NCBI RefSeq assembly: GCF_902459465.1
Contig: NC_047079.1
Span: 7,316,001-7,380,000, forward strand
DNA from: Asterias rubens
Taxonomy: Eukaryota
Length of the DNA stretch: 64,000 nt
Direction: 5' to 3'
Position numbers and translations under genes: made by a program. The notes beneath the pieces are model-generated. The model worked only from the letters and a program-made list of their open reading frames with translations, was not told where the DNA came from and did not search any database. Positions 10,599-22,100 of the stretch are shown here, one piece after another; position 1 is the stretch's first letter; each line of letters starts with the position of its first letter.

Positions 10599-13104
10599 CA
10601 GTTCCTCTTTAGTTGCAAATAAATGACGTATGACACGAGTGAAATACCTACCACTACACCAATAAGTGACGTTGTTGTGTTTGGTTTTTAGCTACTACTA
10701 AAAGATAAAAATCACCTTTGGCTGAAACAAAGAGCTTGTAAGCCCTTACTCCGAAACGTATCTGGCAAGTACGCGTGCTCCGTAGACTCCCGCGTTGCTG
10801 GAGAAATGTGACGTCAGTTACAAAGGCTAATTGGCATTATGACGTCACACTATACTCCCCTGGACGCCGTACAGCTAGCTACACGCGCGTTGGGCTACTA
10901 CGCGACGCGTCATGATAAAACAAACAAACACAGTAGTTCATGTTTCTACACTTTGCAGAGGGAGAGACGGGCCTGTCTCTTAAACGCTTCATAAATAAAG
11001 TAAGACTCTTAAAAGATGGTTGGCTGTTCCATTTTGGTCCAGAATCTACGCTGGTAACAATCAAACTCTGAATCACTAGAAGGTTTTCAGTATGCAGCAG
11101 TGGATCTGTATCAAGGCGTTGTCGCTGGTGCTCGGCTTGTCAACATGCATTGTCATAGGTACTTATTCCATCTTAACATTTTATGTTTAAACATATCGTA
11201 GACATAGTAAGCCATGATAATGTTGTACACAATTAAAGTGATAATCTTAACTTTGAAAACGGTTTCACATTGTAATTTCGTGACGTATGTTTTTCTGTTT
11301 TCCCTTTTTTCCGTTAATTTAGGCCCTCCATTTAAGATTAGATTCTGACGAGATCATTTTTAGAAAATGGAAATAAAAACATGTGACTAATCATGTAGGC
11401 CCACTATTTTTAAATTTAAGTAACTTGTTATACTTTACATAATACCTTACATAATTGACACAATATCGTTGGATTTTGACTCACAACATCCGGGTTTTCT
11501 TTCTCTTTTATTTGGCGGCGATCAAAACTAGCGGACGGGTTTCTGTCAGAGTGGACAATGAGGGCGCCTTGCGACGATCAACATTTCCCCCCTTCCTCAA
11601 TGACCGATAAGGGCGATGATTCTCGTTATCCATGTACGATGTTTCTGGAAAAGATATATCTTGAAGGTATCTGAGGTTATGTCTTTACTACCCCCACCCC
11701 ATCCTCCCCACCCTGACCTTTTCCAGATCATCAACTGTTCGGTCAAGGTAAAAACAAACAGCCCATAGCCATTGTTTACAAAAGCAGAATATCTGAATGA
11801 ACTTTGCAGCTGGAAAAACAAAAACTGATTCATCCGGGACAAAAATCGAAGTCATGATTACGATGTTTTCTTTTAAAATAGCAATCATAAAATACAGGGA
11901 AGAGAATGTTTTTGAAAGACAGACAATCTGCCTTATAACCTTCACCTAATTCCAAACCACACAGCATTTTACTTGATTCTGCACTAGTCAACTGATTATG
12001 CTTTATATGGTAAATTCACATGTTATTAAGCGTTTCCCTGTAAATGTAACAAATATTGGTTGATTTGCCTTCAAATACTCCATGAAAGAGTATTGACTGG
12101 TTTATTGGAGGAGGAACATCATGGGCAGTGGACAATTGTGTGCTCCTTATATACTGTTTTAACCCACCTTTTCTTGACTCATTGCAAAATTGATTGTCAT
12201 GTACTTTATTTGGGATATTGACCCCATACCTGACGTCATCATTCCAACAAATCTTTTCTCCGACATTTTGGAGATACCTCGTCTGTTGGTGCAGAGTGTG
12301 CATTTTAGACAAGATTTGTATGCGCTATGAGACTAGTATCTTTACGCCAAAAAATGGCACCCAATTGTTTTAAAGTGATTATCTCCTCATTTGTATCCCC
12401 AATTTCAATATCTGTTTCAGAAAACGAGAGTTTCATGTTTTACTTCTCGAGTGCCGCGAGCAGACATCCAGTATTTTCTACTTTCCTTGCGTGTCTTGCT
12501 ACAGTCCTGTTGTACCTCGCTCATGTTACCTTCAAATGGGACCACCGTCATTCGGCTGTTTACTTACCCGGTGTTTGGGAGCCGAGGCACGGCCCGGTCA
12601 GAGAGCTCAGGGTACGGTGGGTGGACGAACAGCCAGAATTCTCGTTGTTTGAATGGAAGAGATGTAACAGTTGTCATCGTCTGAAACGAGTCGGCTAAAA
12701 CAACAAATGAAATAAAGTTAAAGATGGCATTTCACATTAATTTTGTATAAACAATTTTCATTGCTTCTCGATTTAAACTTGGTATGTTTATTGCCTAACA
12801 CACTTGACTCTTTGCAGTTTTATTAAAAACCAAGTCATTAATAACTGATCACAAAGGTAACCTTTGTCAAGTTTATTTGGAGAGTTTTCCTCAAAAAGTA
12901 ACTGTTTGATTTAAAATCGAGGTGTGATTTATTTTCCTTTTCCTGCTAGGGATAAGAATAACATCATTTATTATGGGATTCATTGACATAAGAGATCAAT
13001 CGCACGTCAGGTTAAAATAAATCAATAACCTAGCCTACACGGTCCCCCATTAAAGCATAGCTTGAATAAAAAAAATAAAAAAAAAAAAGGATGACTGAGA
13101 GTGC

Positions 13105-13428
13105 TTAAAGGCATGGGCACCTTTGGTAATTGTCAAAGACCTGCATTCTCACTTGGTGTATCCCAACATATTATGCATAAAATAAAATAATAAATCTGTG
13201 GAAATTCGGGCTCAATTGGTCATCAAATTTACAAGAGATTGTGTTAGAAAAAAAACACCCTTGTTGCTTATATTTGAGTGAGAAATTACCCTTTCTCAAA
13301 AACTACATTACAGAGGGAGCCGTTTCTACAATGTTTTATATTACACCACTCCCCATTACTCGTTACCAAGTAAGGTTTTATGCTAACAATTATTTTGAGC
13401 AATTACCAATAGTGTCCAGTGCCTTTAC
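13105..13428. mobile_element. Kolobok-like MITE (TTAA-AGG...CCT termini)
   Basis: TTAA-AGGCATGGGCACCTTTGGTAATT ... AATTACCAATAGTGTCCAGTGCCT-TTAC. Same family as the copies at 23301, 46173 and 50713. Confidence 0.8.
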
Positions 13429-14199
13429 AACTCAAGTTGTTGTCTCTTCACGGAGCAAAGACTATACCGTCGATGGCGATGAAACACCGGGGGGAAAGCT
13501 AAGTCTGTTTCCGCTCAGGTGCGTGAGTGCTCACTCCTCGTACTATAATTCATCATCTCACACCATCATCAGTGACCTTGAGAACTTAATGCAAAGCCAA
13601 CAACCTTCAAATTGAATTAAAACGCCAGGAAGGAAAAACTTGTGATATCTAAGAGTCTTTTGTGATCATCTTGATTTTTTAAAAATTGTTTAGTGGTGGA
13701 TGAAAGTAACCAATCCATATCTCGATTGACCATTTAAACTGTGCAGCCAGCACTAATTCATTATTCATAATTACTGTTTCTTGATATTAAATGTCAATGC
13801 TTAAATAAAACTCTTCATCCGTGTACGTCCATAGCCGTTTCAAATTGTTGTCGTTGTTGTTACTGGTCACTGGAAAAAGGTTTTCACGAATCCATTATCT
13901 CAAAGGTTCTTGCTCTTTGCTCAAGGACAACCTCTTTGCTAAACAGGAAGGCCACTGATTGGCTAATGCTTGAGATGGCAGCAACCTCGGGTATCTAACT
14001 CGACGGTCAATATTTAATACATTGTCATCGCGCACGTTATTTTCACACTGTTTGATACAATGTAAATAATATGGATATACTATCTTGGACTTTGGGAGAA
14101 GATTGTAGTTAAAGACATACAGTAGATACATAAAGACAGCGTCAATCGTTCATTATTACAAATAAATTGCATTTGCATTACGGCATAACGGTACCTCAA

Positions 14200-14450
14200 A
14201 GTGACACGACACGTAAAGAATGTGAAACAAAACTCACAATACGTTGCGATGGCATGACGCGGAGTCACGACACAAAGGCCCACGACAACACGACGTGACA
14301 CGACACGGTGAGTCATTAATGACAAGCCAGGAGACATGAAACGACACGTCGAGTCACGAGTCACGACAAGCCACAAGACACGAAACACGTCGAGTCACGA
14401 CACGACAAGTCACGACACAAGACACACGCCAACATAAAATGACGACACTT
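14200..14450. repeat. CACGAC/GACACG-rich degenerate array
   Basis: Dense repeats of ACACGAC, GTCACGAC and CACGTCGAGTCACGA. The last motif occurs twice. Confidence 0.7.
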
Positions 14451-15380
14451 TTGAAAATGTACTTTTATCACGATTGCAAAATATCCCATTCCGTGTATGA
14501 CCAAGACCACCATTGATATTAAAAAGCAACTGCTGATCAGTTTATAACATCAAACGTACTTTTAAAATCACATCCCTCAATAGCCAAAGCAACATCGAAC
14601 TGTGTGAAGATACAAGCAACACTCTAGCGTTAACACCCAGATCACGTGAGGGGTTCTCCATTCCCGCGTTATCCCGTCAGGCATCACTCTAGCCAGAAAT
14701 ATAGAAATAACCATCGCATTTTGAAGTGGTATCGCTTGAATAAACTTACCTACTATTGTATAATTCGGTGATAAGATTGCATCTGCTTCAATGAAACTGA
14801 TTCTTAGTGTCCATCACAGTGTGGCGAGATTGAACTTGATAGGTGCATAATCGAAACTTCTCACGCACTGATGCTTCTTAGCAAATATTGATTCTTTTCT
14901 TGTTTTGTTGTTTTCCGTCTCTCTAACTTTCTTCCTTTTTTCGGAGGGGACTTTATCAATGAATATTTCGATGATTTACGAATGACTGTCGCATGATGGC
15001 GCAACTCATTGCGTTGGAAATAGTTGAAGGACATCTTAATGTGTATCTGAGGGAAGACAAAAATAAATAATCCATATAAGTGGTTGGTTTCCATCATGCT
15101 GGTTGTGAGTGAGACTACTTCGAGATAAGAGCATATTTGGATTTTCTGATTTGGCGGCGATTTGAGGAGCAAAAGAAATAACTAATATGAAATTTTGCAA
15201 CAACAATTACTTAACCCTGCAACAAATTATAATTGATTACCTGTTTGGCTGCAACGCCCCTGGGGTACGTTGTGTTGCTGACAAGCTTTTCCCATTGATA
15301 TGATTAGAGGTTTATTTGACATGTGTTCGTGTGTTGCCTACAATGTCCATGCATTGCCTCGGCTAATTAAAGCTTAAATT

Positions 15381-15657
15381 GAGTTTTCACATCACTTTTG
15401 TTTTCCTGAAGACCAACATAACATAGCGGTCGAAACGTCAAGTAATTGAACGATTAGTTCTTGTGCATTCCATGATTATTTATAAATAATGTCACTTGAA
15501 AATCGTGTTCTGATCCATGAGTTTTCACGTCACAATTGTTTTCCTGAAGATCATCCGAACATAGCGGTCGAAACTTCAAGTTATTAAACGATTAGTTCTT
15601 GTAAGACTCCAGGATTATTAATAAATAATGTCACTTAAAAATCGTGTTCTGATCCAT
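15381..15657 (+). repeat. 138-bp tandem duplication, each unit with a degenerate minimal hammerhead-ribozyme-like core (Penelope-like element terminus)
   Basis: Units start at 15381 and 15519. Each carries CTGAAGA (15406, 15544) ... GCGGTC-GAAAC followed by GTC (copy 1) or TTC (copy 2). Confidence 0.6.
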
Positions 15658-16104
15658 CAGGGATTAAATTAACGTCACCTACGTAAACACACATGTATTG
15701 TTTTCGATTCGAAAGTCACTCCCAGCAAAAGGTCCTATCACTGATATCCCTAACCATTGAACGGTGAAATCTGGACACGCTACAAATGTTACATTAAAAA
15801 CACGTCACTGTTTGTTGAGCTGAGAGGATTCGATTGTCAACTAAACAGTACCCAGCTTGATGCTGTATCAACCAACATGGAGATACATGTTGAAGTGGTG
15901 CGTGTGGAGATATCAAAATAATGTATAATAATCTGATAGGCTTGTACAGTGCGCATGAAGATATCAAAATGTTGAAGGGTAGAAATAGCCATGACGGGTT
16001 ATATTGACTATTCTGGTCATACGTTTATATCATTTTCTTCGCCGTCCATGGGTTAAGAAAAAAAATTCCCGCATATACAAGGACAAGTTGAACGACTAGC
16101 CCAG

Positions 16105-19100
16105 ATGGAATCTGCGCGGGAGATAATGTGCTGCACCTGCCTGATAAAAACCAAAAGTTACGGCCGACGAAACAGCGTGGCCCCGCTGGGTTCGGACACC
16201 GAGTTGGGGAACGTTGTCTGCAGGACAGACCTGTCTTCGGAGAGGGGCAAACAGCTCCAGATTGCCCGCCTTAGTGTGGTCTGCGCTCTGGCTTCACTCG
16301 CTCTTATTTTCTCGTCTCTGGTCGATATTCAACACTTCACTAATCTTGAGTTTGCTCTCCGTAAAGCACGTACTCTATTCACGAACCTCACGGGGGATGA
16401 AACGCTCTTGCACTCTTTGCAAGTTGAAAGTGCCATGTCTGGATTCTGGCACAGGTGGAATAGTAACTGTAGGACTAATATGTCTTCAAACCTAACTGAA
16501 ATTTTAACTTTTGAAGCTGGTCTTCGTCAAAGCTATACAAACACTGACCTTGCTTGGAGTACATGTACCTTAACCTATTGTGCCTCTTTAGATTCCATTG
16601 AAACCATTGGGTCGACCATCAATGACATTTTGCAGACGATAAAAGTGCACCGTTCCCGCCCAAACCAAATCTCTTCCGTCTCAGGGGTTGGTTTTTACTA
16701 CAACCTTACCGGTTCGTTAGTAACGGCTGTTTCGAAACTTATAAGTAAATCTGAAGTTGAGAATTCTGGAGTTTTTATTGCAAGTTACGATTCGCTGATG
16801 TTAGCGAAGGATTATTATAGCAGGGACATGTATGGTGGGGCAAGTTTCTACGCAGGAACATCAACTCTGGGATTTGAGTCAACTCTTTCTGTTGGAGATG
16901 CTTTCTTTGCTCATGCAGTTAACATTGATGAGGATATTTTGAACGTCTTTAAAGATGAGTTTAATGGAAATACTACCCGGGAAATTCTTGAAGAGATGTC
17001 TAAGATAAGACAAACGACTGTAGAGAGGACGGGCAAGTGTGATTTTGCAGAAGCCTTAAGGTGGTTGGACACCTCGGCGGAGTTTCTTGTAATCTTGCTT
17101 GAGATCCAGCGCAACCGGAGAGCGCGACTCATCGAACATATCACCCTTGAAATCGAGTCCACGACCCGTCTGCTTGCCTTGGAGTTCGCGGTCACGATCC
17201 TCGTGGTCATCTCGTTCCCTTTGCTTCTTCATTCAGCGTGTAGCATGACCGGGTGGATTCAAGACTATATCAAGAGGCTACAGGGGAAGACGTTAGAGCT
17301 ACAGAGAGAGAAGATGATCGTGGAGGGGCTGCTGTTTCAAATGTTACCCCCGACCGTAGCCAATCAATTACGGAGGAGCAAATCGGTGCCCGCTGAGAGC
17401 TTTGACAGCGTCACAATATTCTTCTCTGACATTGTCGGGTTCACATCCATCTCTGCTCAGATAACACCTATGCAGGTACGGTACCCCACCCCAACCCGCA
17501 CACATTCAAGTGTTTAATAATAGCCCCTAGGCGTGCACGCTCCTTTGCTCCACGCTTGGTCCTGGCAAACAAGGACCTAATTGTTTTCCTTGGAATAGCA
17601 ATCGTGGACCTATTGTCTTTAATGTTATAAGTACTCGGTCTTAATATCGCTACAATTTCACTCAAATAAAGCTTTATGGAACACATACTCTGTGAACATT
17701 TCGTTGTTCCCTCAAGCTTTATGGAACACATACTCTGTGAACATTTCGTTGTTCCCTCTTGGGTGTGCACTGCCGACTAGCGGCACTCACAAAACAGGAA
17801 GTCGCGGGAAGTACTTGGAATTCCAATTGTGCCCGTTTCCTTTAATTTATAATGATTTGGGTTTTAACACGTCAAAGATTAATGTGAATGAAAGTACACT
17901 TCTTGCCACCTGATTTAAAACCCTCAATTGAAGCACCTGTTTAGTCCTAACAGCGGCACTCGTTTTATAGTTTGAATGAGTGTATTTAATGATATTCATG
18001 TTCATGTCTCGTGGTCCAACTCATTCAGCGGGGCTCGAAAGGCAAAATTGTTCCCGAACATGGGGCACCACCCCTTGAATCTAGGACAGTAACGTGCAAA
18101 TATGAAATATACATCAGATAAACTTTTAAGCTTTTAAAAGCCGACTATAAAAGCTCACGGCCCTCACATGTAGGTTACGGTTAATCAAATTTAGCCTAAA
18201 TGAACCACATTATTCGAGGCTAAACCAGTAAAAGCGAGTCGTCGCCCCATTTCCATATTTCACTTAAACTTCTCGAGACATGTTTTAAAGCCTTTTTTAA
18301 ATACGCTTGATGGAACCTGAAGGATATAATCACCTTTTCATCTGGCTAAGCCTGTGCCAGATGCAATTGTGTCCGCCATGCAATACTGTCCGCTCCGGAC
18401 ACCTTTGCATGTGCAATCGTGTCCGAGGCTATGCAAAAACCGTCCGGTGGACATGTGCATGACTGTACATGTATGTGCGCGCGTAAGCGACCGTGCATGC
18501 ACTGAACCTACGTATATGCAGCATGAATATTTACCTTCTTTATGATCGCAACGAATACCCAACGGCCGAACATTTCCCAGCATGTCACTCATGACATGCA
18601 CTTAGCTTGTAAACAAAATGGCGAACGTGTTCTGTCATCGACTAGGGGCGTGTTATACTGCAAGGACGGTTTTGCACGGGGCGGACACAACTGCATATGC
18701 AAATGTGTCCGGGCGGACATAATTGCATTATGCAGCAGCGTCCGGGCGCACACGATTGCATATGCAAAACCGTCCGGCGAACATTATTGCATATGCAATA
18801 ATGTCCTCCGGATAGTATTGCATAGAGGACATAAGTGCATGCGACACCGGATTCTTAGAGCGTGTAGCTATAGAGGGAGAACTAGAGCGACTATCGACGC
18901 AAGAAAACAAACAAGAATTCGACATTCTTGGAGCTCATATGATTACATTAAGAAGTAAAAAGCGTAGGCGACAAGAGATGGCTATAAAATCAATTTTTTT
19001 AAAAATGCGAAGATTACCCCCAACCCGATGTTGTATTGTATCGTTCAAAATACACCAAGCCACAAATTATGCTATTTGTTTTACACTATGTGCCAACCGA

Positions 19101-22100
19101 ATAAAACTCTAACCCCAAACGAACTTCATGACAAAATTGGTTAAAATTAATTTGCCGTTCCGTGAACGGTTATTTTTGACATTTTAATTTAATCGCACTC
19201 CGAGAAACCCTGAATGAATATTTCCCCATCATCCTTTTAAATACATTCTACACAAACAATTCAATGACCTTTGCCTGATACTATCTCTTATTGCTACTTG
19301 ATGATGTTAACAAAATGTGACATTGGGGGACAACAGTTTCAATTTATAGACAATTTGATAATGCCGTATGGTGCCAAACTCTCTTGTTCTATACACCAAT
19401 TCAACTTGATTAAAGCAAAGCATTGCTGAAAAGGAGAAGACAGTATGTTCTCTTTATACCAAGACGAGAGGAAAACACAGTATGAGTCAGGGAACTAAAC
19501 AGACATGACAGTAGGATTTTAAAATATACAAATTGGTTATTAAAAAGGCTTGCGGTAGCACCGTTGGACTTAAAATCTTGCACGTGCAATACTGTCTGTG
19601 CAGCAGCACCGAACATGAATATGAAGTGCATTTTAAATTTCCATCTTCATCTTGGTTTATTTTTTTATATATTTTGTTCTTACTAAAAAGGGGCAACAAC
19701 AAAGTGGATTAATTTGTGTGAAAGTTGCTTCAAAGGGCTGTTCGTTCATAATTGTTTCATTTCTCCTTTCCGTATAATAGTATTCCTTTCTCAAGGGTCA
19801 CTTCAAACACCTCGAAAAACAAATATTGCTCGCCCTTGGAAGTAATTATCCCAAGTTATATACAGTATACTTTATATCTCTTCCGAGATGAACGATTCTA
19901 AAAATTTAATTTAAATTGAGAAATTTGGAAGGAGCAGATGTGATACAGTAGAACGGGTATAATTATTAGATTTGTTGGTAAGATATTAAAGAAGTGTGAG
20001 AAGAATATTTTGTTGGTGCGTCTCGTCGTTCTGTTCTAATCTCATTAAGCAATCGTGTGACATTTTGTAATTATCTCAAACCATTTATATAACCATTTAT
20101 ATTTATTAATTTATTTTATATGCTCTTTTGTTTCAATTTGTTTTGTATTTTTCGTAATTTTCTGTATTTTTGTTTCATATCTTATTTACTTGTTATTATT
20201 ATTGTATCCGGTGGCTGTTTGTTGGGGATGTCTATTTTTTTGGTATTGTTTGTGTTATTTGTTCTTGATTGACTCAGATTTGGTTTTCTGTGGAGCTTTT
20301 TCTGTTTCAATCAAAGCATGTATGAAATACACAGTGCGTTTTTCCCCAATAAAGCAAACATAAATATCTGCAAAATTATTTGAATTGTCCATCTTCTGCG
20401 ACTGCTTTCCTTTTTCTCTGCCTCGTCCTTAACTATTCATGTCTCTTCCTGCCTGACCTCAATCTGTCACGAGAATTCCAGATTACGTGTAGATTGTGTT
20501 CTGTAGTCACTTAAAAAGACTCTGCCACGGTCATGACTGTCGGCAAATGTATCTGAATGCTTTGAGGCTGCCCCCCCCCCCCTCCCAGCCTGAGGGACCT
20601 TGACTTATCTTCAAGACATCAATGCATGTTCTTGGCGTTTTAGTTGATGTTTGAAAGGATCAATGGAATCACTGTGAGTAATGTCCATACACTGACATTT
20701 GCTCATTTACCGTCACAAATTACAGTTTAAATTAGATTTTTTCAAAGTATAAAGACAGTTGTTATGTTAAATGTTTGGGGAAATGTTTTTGTATTGCAAC
20801 CTCATTCATCTGTGTGTGGGTGTTCCTTGTCACCAAATATCAAGTATGCACTGGTCGACTTATTTGTTGTAACAATAGACTGATGTATACAATGGCCGCA
20901 ATGTTTCCATGCCAACTTCACAGACCCAGCTACCATTGCTCTCATTTCGGTACCTTCTTGAGACCACGGGAAAATAAAGGGGGGGGGCTGCATACGGGAA
21001 TTCTAAAGACCGGGCGCTCGACAAGGAATGTTGCGTACACAGTCCATGGGGAAATCTTTAGTATAATGGATAAAAGAAAGAACAAAGATGTCTCCTCATG
21101 AATGCAAAGCGAGAGTGTGCACTTGCTGCTGTGAGATCTTTGCTTGCGACTTCAAGCAAGTCGTTGTACCAGACAATTTTCAAACTGAACTCATAAAGTG
21201 TTTCTTAAAATACTATACAAAATAGTACTGATGTTTTGTATCTTTTATTTCCCATAGGTGGTAGACATGTTGAATCGTTTATACATGTGTTTCGATGGCC
21301 GTATCGACATCTACGATGTATATAAAGTGGAGACGATTGGAGATGCCTACATGGTGGTCAGTGGTTGCCCTCATCTCAACGGGGATAAACATACCGGGGA
21401 GATCGCAACGATGGCCCTAGACCTTCGTAGTGCCATCAAGCAGGTCCAGTTGCCCCATGACCCGGAGAGAAAGCTAGAACTCCGAATCGGTATTCACACT
21501 GGTAAGGATTTCCATTTTTAACGAAAATTCTCAAATTCTGAAAAGGAAAGTCATTATTAAAAGGACCCAATGGAACTAAGGTTTTGGGGGCTATATCCTT
21601 AGATGATTTTGTCAGTTTTTCTTTCTTCTGTAAGAGTTCTATTTTGGTTTATTTTATTTCATTGTTTAACCTCTCGATGCTGTGTATGTATTTGTATGTA
21701 TTCGACCTTCTTGCTGTATTTTTACTCAAATAAATTCAACCAATTGATCAATTTTTACTACTCTTACAACTTTGGACATTCTTTTATTTATGTTATTATT
21801 TTTCTTGTACTGCGTTTGTAATTGGTTTTGCCTCTTGGTTTATAAGAAATAATTATTATCCTGCAGTGTACACCTGTTTGGCTGCAATGCCCCCCTTTGG
21901 TTCGAGTCGTTGTCAGAATATGCTGGCAAGCTTTCCCCCTAGATTGAGGGGGGGGGGGGGGTATTTTGTATTTCTCATAGGTTGTTTTATCCAGTGAGTT
22001 GTGAACGTGTTCAGTTATAGCCTGGGTTATAATTTTCCTCAGTAATTAAGTTTGACAATTTATTTGATCTATCGTTGACATACAAATTCTGTACACAAAG

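Noticed and set aside
17468-17770. ORF with repeated [15 protein letters not shown]
   Set aside because: It is produced by the 45-bp intronic tandem duplication.
18338-18958. Cys/His-rich ORFs on both strands
   Set aside because: They are translations of a TGCA/TGTCCG-rich foldback repeat with no domain pattern.
20400-20900. Possible LINE reverse-transcriptase remnant in cyclase intron 1
   Set aside because: Only a vague resemblance, with no translatable RT motif that I could confirm by eye.
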